Below the pieces are notes generated by a model that was not told where the DNA came from, did not search any database, and worked only from the letters and a program-made list of their open reading frames with translations. Of a DNA stretch of 29,062 nucleotides, positions 7,192-15,506 are shown piece after piece (within the stretch, counting starts at the first letter, position 1; every line of letters starts with the position of its first letter). Origin of the DNA: an uncultured Verrucomicrobiales bacterium (lineage in GTDB: Bacteria; Verrucomicrobiota; Verrucomicrobiia; Verrucomicrobiales; DEV007); the NCBI GenBank assembly GCA_938091905.1, contig CALKOM010000087.1, positions 1 through 29,062 on the forward strand, written 5' to 3'. Position numbers and translations under genes: made by a program.

Positions 7192-8543
7192 GAAGTTAAA
7201 GAAAAGCCTTCACGGAAGTGCGGGGCGACCATGGTGTTGGCCAAGGCATCGTTGGTGAACTTCATGGCGTCTGCGTCCCATTCCAGGCGCTTTCCTGAGC
7301 GTTGGATGGCGATCATGCCCAACAACCCGATCTCGCTGAGGGCTCCACCGTATTCGAAATTCGAGCCCGCTTCTTTGCCTTCCCGAATGGCGGAGAGCCA
7401 ATCTTTCTGATGCTGACCACCGGGAACTCGGGTGATCTTCTCTTCAGGTCGTTTGAAGTCCTTCATGCGTTTTTCTGGAATTAGACGACATCCACCGGCG
7501 CCGTGTGAGCCGTGCATGATCGCACCTTCCGTGCCGTGCACAACAGCACCCGTGCCAACAACCTTGCGATCGGTTCCCTCGAAGACTTCCGGACGTGGGA
7601 TGCCGTGCTTGCCGTCGTGCCAGATGATCTTCATTGGGCCATTCTTCTCAGTGGCGGCGAATTCGAAGGTGATTTTTACCCCAGCAGGATAGAATTCCGA
7701 GTGGATTTTGGGATCGTAACCTTTGGTCTCAGCAGTGATGGCTGTTGGCATGGCTAATCCAAGTGCCCAGAAGGTCGGATCTAGCACATGACAAACCCAA
7801 TCACCGATGCAGCCACTACCGAAGGCGGAATAGCCACGCCAGTTGAACGGCAAGTAGTTGGGATGATAGGGGCGATCCTGCAGTGGCCCTAACCAGCGGT
7901 TCCAGTCGAGATTCTCCGGAACTTCGTGCTTCCGCTGAAACTCGCTTGCTTTGTCGATCTGACAGTAAACTTGCTTGAATGCGTCACAGCCGGCGTGGAC
8001 CTCGGTGATTTCTCCGATCATGCCTTCCCAAACCATTTCGCAGAAGAGCCTGATATGGTTGGAAGAGTGGCCTTGATTGCCGACCTGAGTGATCACCTTT
8101 TTCTCCTTGGCAGCTTTGCGCATAGCGCGCACTTCTGCCACAGTGTGAGCGAGAGGCTTTTCACAGTAGACATGCTTCCCATGCTTGATGGCTTCTAACG
8201 CAGCCACGGAGTGAGTGTGGTCAGGAGTAGCGACAAGGACAGCGTCTATGCTGTCGCCCATCTTCGCAAACATCTCTTTGTAGTCCGTGAAGCGCTTGGC
8301 ATTAGTGAACTTCTTGAACGATCCTTCTGCGCGCTTCTTGTCGACATCACAGAGACCGACGATGGCTTCATCGGTCATTCCACCCAGGTCCGCACCTCCC
8401 TGACCGCCACAACCAATAGCGGCGACGCGGATCTTGCTGTTGGGAGTGGGTTTGCCGTCCTTAGCCCGGATGACGTGGCTGGGAACGATCTGAAACCCAA
8501 AAGTGGCGGCAGCAGTTTTGCTAAGGAAGGATCTACGTTTCAT
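7188..8543 (-). CDS. Gfo/Idh/MocA family NAD(P)-dependent oxidoreductase with Tat signal
   Basis: MKRRSFL twin-arginine signal; IGCGGQG; VATPDHTH; HVYCEKPL; DWVCHVLD. Confidence 0.93.
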   Translation of the reverse strand: MKRRSFLSKTAAATFGFQIVPSHVIRAKDGKPTPNSKIRVAAIGCGGQGGADLGGMTDEAIVGLCDVDKKRAEGSFKKFTNAKRFTDYKEMFAKMGDSIDAVLVATPDHTHSVAALEAIKHGKHVYCEKPLAHTVAEVRAMRKAAKEKKVITQVGNQGHSSNHIRLFCEMVWEGMIGEITEVHAGCDAFKQVYCQIDKASEFQRKHEVPENLDWNRWLGPLQDRPYHPNYLPFNWRGYSAFGSGCIGDWVCHVLDPTFWALGLAMPTAITAETKGYDPKIHSEFYPAGVKITFEFAATEKNGPMKIIWHDGKHGIPRPEVFEGTDRKVVGTGAVVHGTEGAIMHGSHGAGGCRLIPEKRMKDFKRPEEKITRVPGGQHQKDWLSAIREGKEAGSNFEYGGALSEIGLLGMIAIQRSGKRLEWDADAMKFTNDALANTMVAPHFREGFSLTS

Positions 8544-8637
8544 GGGCGTGTCTTAGCAAAACAGCGCAGCGGCATCAAACGAATTCCCATGGATTATGCT
8601 GGCTTGAGTGCCGCTGCGAGTTTGGTATCGGTGTCTT

Positions 8638-9747
8638 ATGAAGATACTTCTCTCAGGCTTCCTTCTCACTCTCGCCATTTCTCATGCCGATACCAAGCAC
8701 GTCTATTTCGGGACGAGCGGTCGCGAGGCCAAAGGCATTTATCAAGCCAAGTTTGATTCGGAGAAAGGCGCGCTTTCAGTGCCTACATTGGCAGCTGAAG
8801 TGAAGTCGCCGGGTTTTCTCGCCATGCATCCAAATGGGGATGCACTCTATGCCGTAGCCAATACGCCTGATGGCGCGGGAGTCGTTGCCTACACCGTGGA
8901 TGATGCCGGCGCACTAACGCTTCTTAACACAGCGCCGATCGGTGACGGTGGTGGCGCGCATGTGGCCGTCCACCCGTCAGGCAAGTTGTTGCTTACCGCG
9001 CAGTATGGTGGTGGGTCGACTGCCTGTTTCAAACTAGCGGTCGACGGGAAACTGGCAGGTCTCCCGGTACTTCATGAACATGAAGGAGGATCGAAAGTCG
9101 TCGGCAAACGCCAAGACAGTCCACACCCGCATTGGTGCGGATTCTCTCCAGACGGTAAATTCGCCTTTGTGCCAGACCTTGGGATGGACGGCATTGTGAT
9201 CTACAAAGTGGACGCGAAGAATAGTTCGATTTCAAAGCACGGATTCGCTGCATCCATTCCAGGTGGTGGCCCACGTCACATGCGTTTCTCGGTGGATGGC
9301 AAATTCATTTACCTTCTCAATGAACTTGCTCTAGCGGTCAGCACTTTTGCCTATGATGCGGACAAAGGAACGGCTACTCTATTGACCACAACACAGTCGC
9401 TATCAGACGCTGTGAAAGCGAAGGAGACCTTCAATTCGGCATCCGAGATCCTCGTGCATCCGAACGGGAAGTTTGTTTATTCAGCGAATCGTGGTAATGA
9501 TAGTGTCACCGCCTACGTTGCAAATCCGAAGACAGGTGAACTCGCCGTGACCGAGGTTGAGCCCATTCGAGGTGCTTGGCCAAGGAACATTAATATTGAT
9601 GCGACTGGAAAATGGCTGCTCGCAGCCGGTGCCCAGTCGAATACCATTTCTATGTTTGAGATCAATCAAGAAAGTGGTGAGCTGACGTTTCACCGTGGAA
9701 AGATTGTTAACGTGCCCGGCTCTATTTGCATCCTCTTCGGATACTAG
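8638..9747 (+). CDS. Secreted beta-propeller lactonase (6-phosphogluconolactonase/cycloisomerase family)
   Basis: Signal peptide MKILLSGFLLTLAISHA; RQDSPHPH, VPDLGMD, GGGPRH, NEL, YSANRG and WPRN motifs. Confidence 0.92.
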   Translation: MKILLSGFLLTLAISHADTKHVYFGTSGREAKGIYQAKFDSEKGALSVPTLAAEVKSPGFLAMHPNGDALYAVANTPDGAGVVAYTVDDAGALTLLNTAPIGDGGGAHVAVHPSGKLLLTAQYGGGSTACFKLAVDGKLAGLPVLHEHEGGSKVVGKRQDSPHPHWCGFSPDGKFAFVPDLGMDGIVIYKVDAKNSSISKHGFAASIPGGGPRHMRFSVDGKFIYLLNELALAVSTFAYDADKGTATLLTTTQSLSDAVKAKETFNSASEILVHPNGKFVYSANRGNDSVTAYVANPKTGELAVTEVEPIRGAWPRNINIDATGKWLLAAGAQSNTISMFEINQESGELTFHRGKIVNVPGSICILFGY

Positions 9748-10368
9748 AACCAGTTGAGTTTCTCCGCTTCTTTTCGGTAGAATATGCCCAGTAGGCGTGC
9801 GTGTGCCGTGATGAAATACAGCATGAGAAGTGTGGCGATACCTTGGTTGACGATAGGATTGCCTGACAGATTATTTATGATGTCGTTCATAAGAAAGGGC
9901 AAGCCAACAGCGACGACACCGACGATTGCGTAGGCTGGTAATGTTCTGGCGATGCTAGGAATCACGCGGATGGGGTTGGCGCCACCGAGATTGCCAAGGA
10001 TGACCACGCCGAGAAAGGCCATGGGAAAGTAGAACATTCCAAATGCCTGAGCGGCTAAAGAGAGCGGTGAATCTTCTCCTGTTTGCCAGTGCCCGAAGTA
10101 GATTTGAAATAATCAGGACTCCGATGACTTGCAAGGTCGGTATGACCATGTCATCTAGAAAGTCAGAAACGTCGGGCCAGTCAGGTTCGACATCGCTTCC
10201 TGTCGCCGTTTTTTGGAGGATCTGATAGTAGTAAGCGATGAAATAGCCGTAAAAGATGAGGGTTGTGAGAAGGCCAATGACTGGAACAAATGCTGCCAGC
10301 TGAATGAGCATTGCCATGGCCGTGCCAATAAGCATGATGAGAATATCCGCCCCTCGTAAGGGATGCGA
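9744..10368 (-). pseudogene. Frameshifted, 5'-truncated polytopic membrane protein (DUF4013-like)
   Basis: Frame A (10368 to ~10100) gives HPLRGADILIMLIG...YYQILQKTATGSDVEPDWPD...LQVIG. Frame B (10112 to 9744) gives ...FGMFYFPMAFLGVVILG...ARLLGIFYRKEAEKLNWF. The two read as halves of one protein, and a TAA (10371-10369) lies just before HPLRG. Confidence 0.6.
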
Positions 10369-10465
10369 TTACAATTATCAAAAAGTAGTCGATACTTCGA
10401 GCGACCACTCGTTTCCAGTGGTCTTCGTATTGTCGTTAGTTCCGAAGATGCTTGGGGCTACTACA

Positions 10466-10489
10466 AGCAACGGCAAGGTTGCCGTTGCT
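10466..10489. repeat. Perfect 11-bp inverted repeat downstream of speA (terminator-like hairpin or operator)
   Basis: AGCAACGGCAA-GG-TTGCCGTTGCT. Confidence 0.7.
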
Positions 10490-10558
10490 AAAAGATTTTC
10501 GCTAGTGTCTGTGTGGGAAGTTAAGAGACGCCTGGTGTGGATGGGAGAGCGGGAGTCC

Positions 10559-12478
10559 CTAGCTTTGGTAGTAGGTGTGGCTTCGCAGCCCGTCGTCGTA
10601 GGCTTGGGTAAACTCGCGCCGTTCTTTTCCAGTGATCTGCCCTTTCTTGACGGCTTCTTCCGCTATTCGGCGGAATCGAGTTCGCAGATCTTTTAGCTCG
10701 TATTCCACATAGGTGAGTACCTCGCCTACCGAATCTCCCTCGACTTCATGAGACAAGCGGGCCTGTCCCTTTTCGTCGAGCGTGACACTAACTACATTCG
10801 TATCACCGATAAGATTGTGTAAGGCGCCAAGCGTTTCTTGGTAAGCGCCGACTAGAAACACTCCGATGAGATAATCTTCGTCCGGCTTTAGTTCGTGCAC
10901 GGGTAAGGAACGGCGGACTTCGTGCTTTGATATGAACTTGTCGATTCGACCATCGCAATCGCAGGTAATGTCAGCAAGGACCGCCCGTCGGGTGGGTTGT
11001 TCATCGAGACGATGGAGTGGCGTGACAGGCAAGACCTGTTGGATCGCCCAGACGTCTGGAAGTGATTGGAAAAGGCTAAAATTTCCGTAGTAGTAGTCGA
11101 CACCGAGTCCCTCTACTTCCTTCATATCCTCGGGAACATGTTTGGTCGTCTCTAACAGTTCTGAGCACCGCTTCATGAGGTGACCATAGAGATTCTCTCC
11201 GAGGGCGCGTTCGCGCAGTGTTACATTTCCCTGAGCGTGAAGTTGATGAAGCTGGTTTCGGTAAAACAGGGCATCGTTGAAGCACTCCTGCATGTTCTGC
11301 TGGGAAAGGTGTTCCCAGGCGTCGTAGAAATTGATGATGACTTCAGGAGCGTTCTCTGGTCTTGGTGGTGGCTCGCCATCGGGAAAGAAGCGGTTCACAT
11401 CCACAATATTGAAAACTAACACCGAGTAGTAAGCGACAATCGCTCGGCCCGATTCTGATATGATATCAGGATGGGGGACGCTGGCGTCATCGGCTACGTT
11501 TTTGATCACGTTGATCATGTCCGCGCAGTATTCTTCGATACCGTAGTTCGCACCGCTACCTGCACTGGACTGATTGCCCTCATAGTCCACGGCGAGGCCG
11601 CCTCCAAGATCGATGAGGCCCATGGGGGCGCCCTCTTTCACGAGGTCGGCGTAGATTCTCGTCGCTTCCATCGTGGCTTCTCGAATAGCACGGATGTTTG
11701 GTATTTGGCTTCCTTGGTGGAAGTGGAGCATGCGAAGGCAATGAAGTTTGTCGTTCTCTCGGAGATGATCCACGACGTTCATGAGTTGATTGATATGAAG
11801 GCCAAAGACACTTTTCTCACCCGCCGAGTCAGACCAGTGGCCAGAGCCCTTCGTTGCCAATCGTACGCGAATGCCTAACATAGGTTCGAGTTCAAGCAGG
11901 GCAGACCTTTCCAAGATTGTATCTACCTCGCTGGGCATTTCTATGACGAGGATCACTTTCACGCCCACCTTTTGAGCTCGCAGAGCTAGATCGATGAATT
12001 CCGCATCTTTGTAGCCATTGCATACAAGATAAGCGTCAGGATCATTTAGGTGAGCGACCGCGGCGATGAGTTCGGGTTTCGATCCCACCTCTAGGCCATA
12101 GTTGTAGGGGCGTCCATACTTCGTGATGTGATTGATCGCTTCCTGCTGCTGATTCACCTTAAGCGGGAAGACACCTTGATAGGTTCCCTCGTAATCCTCA
12201 TCAATGATAGCCTTACGAAAGGACTCGTTGAGAAGGCGAATCCTCGATTCCAGCAATTCGCCAAAACGCAGCAAGATAGGCAGGTCTTTACCCCGATCAC
12301 GGATTTCCTCAATGATCTTGGGAATGGAAACTGACTTGGGCTTCGGCGCGTCGCCTTGTAGGCGCACGGTTACTTCACCTTCTTCGGATAGGCCAAAGTA
12401 GCCGCTCGACCATTGGTCGATGGCGTAAAGTTCTTCGGCATCGCAAAGGGACCAGGGGGGAGAGGTCGGCTGATTCAC
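10559..12478 (-). CDS. speA: Biosynthetic arginine decarboxylase
   Basis: YAIDQWSSGYF, FPLKVNQ (PLP Lys), GLEVGSKPEL, CNGYKD, HFHQGSQI, DLGGGLAVDY, ESGRA, NFSLFQSLPDVWAI, TCDCDG, GAYQE. Confidence 0.96.
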   Translation of the reverse strand: MNQPTSPPWSLCDAEELYAIDQWSSGYFGLSEEGEVTVRLQGDAPKPKSVSIPKIIEEIRDRGKDLPILLRFGELLESRIRLLNESFRKAIIDEDYEGTYQGVFPLKVNQQQEAINHITKYGRPYNYGLEVGSKPELIAAVAHLNDPDAYLVCNGYKDAEFIDLALRAQKVGVKVILVIEMPSEVDTILERSALLELEPMLGIRVRLATKGSGHWSDSAGEKSVFGLHINQLMNVVDHLRENDKLHCLRMLHFHQGSQIPNIRAIREATMEATRIYADLVKEGAPMGLIDLGGGLAVDYEGNQSSAGSGANYGIEEYCADMINVIKNVADDASVPHPDIISESGRAIVAYYSVLVFNIVDVNRFFPDGEPPPRPENAPEVIINFYDAWEHLSQQNMQECFNDALFYRNQLHQLHAQGNVTLRERALGENLYGHLMKRCSELLETTKHVPEDMKEVEGLGVDYYYGNFSLFQSLPDVWAIQQVLPVTPLHRLDEQPTRRAVLADITCDCDGRIDKFISKHEVRRSLPVHELKPDEDYLIGVFLVGAYQETLGALHNLIGDTNVVSVTLDEKGQARLSHEVEGDSVGEVLTYVEYELKDLRTRFRRIAEEAVKKGQITGKERREFTQAYDDGLRSHTYYQS

Positions 12479-12502
12479 ATTGGGTAGGGTTATAGAGTGA
12501 TG

Positions 12503-12916
12503 TTAGGAACAGCCCTCGCAAGATTCAAAGGCATCCATTTGTCGGCGATCCCGTTTCGTGGGGCGCCCTCCTTCGTCTCCCTCGTAGACCCGATTCTGTT
12601 GAGTTTGAGCGCGTGCTTTTCGCAGGGCTTCCCATGTCTCGGGCGGAGTGAGATCTTCGAGATACTGATCGCGGAGTTTGGCACCGATTCGCTTCTCAAT
12701 TACTGCTTTCACACGTAGGGTTCGGTTGATCGGGCCATGTTTGACCACGAGAATGTCGTCTTCTCGAATGGCTCTGGAAGGCTTTACCGCTTGGTCCTCG
12801 ATTAGGACTTGATTGAGCCGACACGCCTGTGCTGCTGCTGAACGTGTCTTAAACAAGCGCACTGACCAAAGCCATTTGTCGGCACGGACAGAGTCGTCTG
12901 AAATTGCGGAACTCAT
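12503..12916 (-). CDS. hslR: RNA-binding S4 domain protein, ribosome-associated heat-shock protein Hsp15-like
   Basis: VRADKWLWSVRLFKTRS and C-terminal GRPTKRDRR; likely start ATG 12916. Confidence 0.9.
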   Translation of the reverse strand: MSSAISDDSVRADKWLWSVRLFKTRSAAAQACRLNQVLIEDQAVKPSRAIREDDILVVKHGPINRTLRVKAVIEKRIGAKLRDQYLEDLTPPETWEALRKARAQTQQNRVYEGDEGGRPTKRDRRQMDAFESCEGCS

Positions 12917-12984
12917 TGTTAAACGTTTGCTAAATACATGGGTGGAGTCAAAGGGCACCTCTTTTCATAATTTCTTGGAAATTT

Positions 12985-13938
12985 ATGTTTTACATGGCAA
13001 CTATGGCCATGCCTCATACGTCGGATCTATTTCAAGAGCAGAATCTGAAACTTGCCGTCTCGAGGCGTGCGTCTTTGGCTGACGATTCACAGACGACAGC
13101 CTTTCGTTTGGTGGATGGTGAGGCCGATGGCTTCCATGGTGTTGTGTTGGAAGTATTCGATAAGATCTGGTTAGTGTCTACTCTGGGAAGGCGCCTCCCC
13201 GCCCTGTTTCGGGAGGTGCAGGAAGATGTGCGAGCACTCTATTGGAAACGGCTCGACCAGGATCAGAAAGAAACCCCGCAGTGGGTCTGGGGTGAGAAGG
13301 TTGATGCTCCGTTTCACGTTCTCGAGCGTGGGATGAAGATTGAATTATCCATGCAATCGGGCTATTCGCAGGGCATCTTTCTGGATCAGCGAATAAATCG
13401 AATGCATGTGCGTGAGCGAGTAAAGCCGGGACAGCGTGTTCTCAATACTTTCAGCTACACTTGTGCATTCTCTGTGGCTGCGGCTTTGGCTGGAGGCATT
13501 GCGACCAGTCTCGACTTATCCAATCCCTATTTACAGTGGGGGAAGCGAAATATGGAAGCCAACGGCATTGATTCAGCGTCCCAGTATTTCTGTAAGGGAG
13601 ATGCCATGAGTTGGATGAAGAGATTTGCAAAGCAGGAACGATTGTTCACTGGAATCATTCTCGATCCTCCCACGTTTTCGCGCAGTGACGCGGGTGTCTT
13701 TAGCGTACAGAAAGACTACGATCGACTTGTCCAAGCAGCCGTGCAGATCGCGGAACCTGGAGGTTGGATCCTAGCGACATGCAACGACCGTCGTCTTGGG
13801 CATGAGCGCTTTGAAGTGATGGTGAGAGACGGTGTGCGGCTGGCAGGGAGGCAGCTTGGGAAGCTAACGCACACGCCGATGCCGCCCGACTTTATGGACG
13901 AGCATTACCTCAAGTCCATTTGGTTGGACCTGATCTAG
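12985..13938 (+). CDS. Class I SAM-dependent rRNA methyltransferase (RlmI/RlmK-like, no PUA domain); start could be one of several nearby Mets
   Basis: FRLVDGEADG, GIFLDQR, VLNTFSYTCAFS, DLS and ILDPPTFS motifs. Confidence 0.88.
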   Translation: MFYMATMAMPHTSDLFQEQNLKLAVSRRASLADDSQTTAFRLVDGEADGFHGVVLEVFDKIWLVSTLGRRLPALFREVQEDVRALYWKRLDQDQKETPQWVWGEKVDAPFHVLERGMKIELSMQSGYSQGIFLDQRINRMHVRERVKPGQRVLNTFSYTCAFSVAAALAGGIATSLDLSNPYLQWGKRNMEANGIDSASQYFCKGDAMSWMKRFAKQERLFTGIILDPPTFSRSDAGVFSVQKDYDRLVQAAVQIAEPGGWILATCNDRRLGHERFEVMVRDGVRLAGRQLGKLTHTPMPPDFMDEHYLKSIWLDLI

Positions 13939-14069
13939 TTAGGAAATTATATCTTAAACGCACTGGCCTCAGTTCCTTGAGAGGGGGCTCACTCTGCAAA
14001 GAGGAGTGTTGCCACTTCAGCTACAACTTAATTAGGCGACGGTTAGGATAACTACTTTTTCCACGTTCT

Positions 14070-15503
14070 TTAGGCCAGTAGCTCGTGTACTACTTTTCCG
14101 TGAACATCTGTCAGTCGAAAGTCTCGTCCGGCGTAATGATACGTTAGTTCTTCGTGATCAAACCCAAGTAAATGGAGGATGGTGGCGTGTAAATCATGGA
14201 CGTGAACAGGCTTCTCGATGGCTTGGAATCCGAAGTCGTCCGTTGCGCCATGGATGTAGCCCCCTTTCACACCCCCGCCAGCAAGCCACATACTGAATCC
14301 ATAGTGATTGTGGTCGCGTCCATTGATCTTACCCGCATTGGAGCCCGGGGTGGGTAGCTCCACCGTAGGAGTGCGACCAAATTCACCTCCCCAGATGACC
14401 AGGGTGTCGTCCAGCATGCCGCGCTGTTTGAGATCCGTGAGAAGCGCCCCGATGGCTTGGTCACACTGCTCAGCCAATTTGCGATGTCGCACCTCGATGT
14501 CGTCGTGATTGTCCCAGGGCTGACCTGGGCCGTGCCAAACTTGAACAAATCGAACGCCTCGCTCTACGAGCCGTCGGGCAATGAGCATTTGGCGGGCTTG
14601 GGTGCCGTTGCCATAGAGGTCGCGGACATGTTGTGGCTCGCGCTCAATGTCGAAAGCGTCCGTGGCATCCATTTGCATACGATAGGCGAGTTCGTAAGAC
14701 TGTAATCTTGCCTCCAGTTGAGCGTCTTGCTGACGACGTTCCAGGTGCCGTTGATTTAGCTTCTGCACGAGGTCGAGCTGCTTGCGTTGCTGCGTGGAAT
14801 CGAGTCGCTGATTGCGGATGTTCTCGATAAGCTTCTCAACTTTCTTGTGCTTTGTATCAATGTAGGTACCTTGAAACGAGCCCGGTAAAAACCCCGCCTG
14901 CCAGTTTTGTGATTCTTGGATGGGATAACCGCCCGGGCACATGGTGATGAAGCCCGGTAAGTTCTGGTTCGTCGTCCCCAAACCATAGCTGACCCACGAT
15001 CCCAGGCTTGGCCTAACGAGACGGGACTCGCCGCAGTTCATGAGGAGCAGTGATGGCTCATGATTTGGCACATCGGCATGCATGGATCGGATGACGCAGA
15101 GGTCGTCCGCACATTTAGCGACGTTGGGGAAGAGTTCACTGATCTCGATCCCACTTTGGCCGTGCTGTGCGAATTCGAAGGGGGAACGGTAGCCTGCGCC
15201 CGTCTTGCGTTCCGTCTTGAGGTAATCCATGGGCAAGGCCTTGCCATGGTGCTTTGTCAGAAGCGGCTTGGGATCAAAGGTGTCGACCTGAGAAGGCCCG
15301 CCATTCATGAAGAGGTGAATGACGCGTTTTGCGCGGCCAAAGTATTGGGAGGGCTTCGAAGCCAGAGGGTTCAGCCCTGCCTGGGCCTTTGTTTGTCCAA
15401 AGAGGCCACCAAAGGCAGCGGCGCCCATGCCCATGCCAACGCGCGAGAGGAAATCGCGTCGGGTGTAGAAATGGTGGCTAAGGTCTTCAGGATGATGGCT
15501 CAT
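14070..15503 (-). CDS. DUF1501 domain (sulfatase-like) protein with Tat signal
   Basis: TRRDFL; AKRVIHLFMNGGPSQVDTFDPKP; ARRLVERGVRFVQ; WDNH; GEFGRTP; GRDH; GRDFRLTDVHG. Confidence 0.93.
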   Translation of the reverse strand: MSHHPEDLSHHFYTRRDFLSRVGMGMGAAAFGGLFGQTKAQAGLNPLASKPSQYFGRAKRVIHLFMNGGPSQVDTFDPKPLLTKHHGKALPMDYLKTERKTGAGYRSPFEFAQHGQSGIEISELFPNVAKCADDLCVIRSMHADVPNHEPSLLLMNCGESRLVRPSLGSWVSYGLGTTNQNLPGFITMCPGGYPIQESQNWQAGFLPGSFQGTYIDTKHKKVEKLIENIRNQRLDSTQQRKQLDLVQKLNQRHLERRQQDAQLEARLQSYELAYRMQMDATDAFDIEREPQHVRDLYGNGTQARQMLIARRLVERGVRFVQVWHGPGQPWDNHDDIEVRHRKLAEQCDQAIGALLTDLKQRGMLDDTLVIWGGEFGRTPTVELPTPGSNAGKINGRDHNHYGFSMWLAGGGVKGGYIHGATDDFGFQAIEKPVHVHDLHATILHLLGFDHEELTYHYAGRDFRLTDVHGKVVHELLA

Positions 15504-15506
15504 GAT

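Noticed and set aside
10304..10696. 130-aa plus-strand ORF
   Set aside because: Antisense to the speA 3' end and the pseudogene; no protein-like features.
12969..12983. AATTTC-TTG-GAAATT palindrome between hslR and the methyltransferase
   Set aside because: Short and AT-rich, so plausible by chance; it does not match CIRCE or any operator I recognise.
13939..14069. Possible ncRNA or terminator between convergent genes
   Set aside because: Only short imperfect stems; no tRNA or riboswitch signature.
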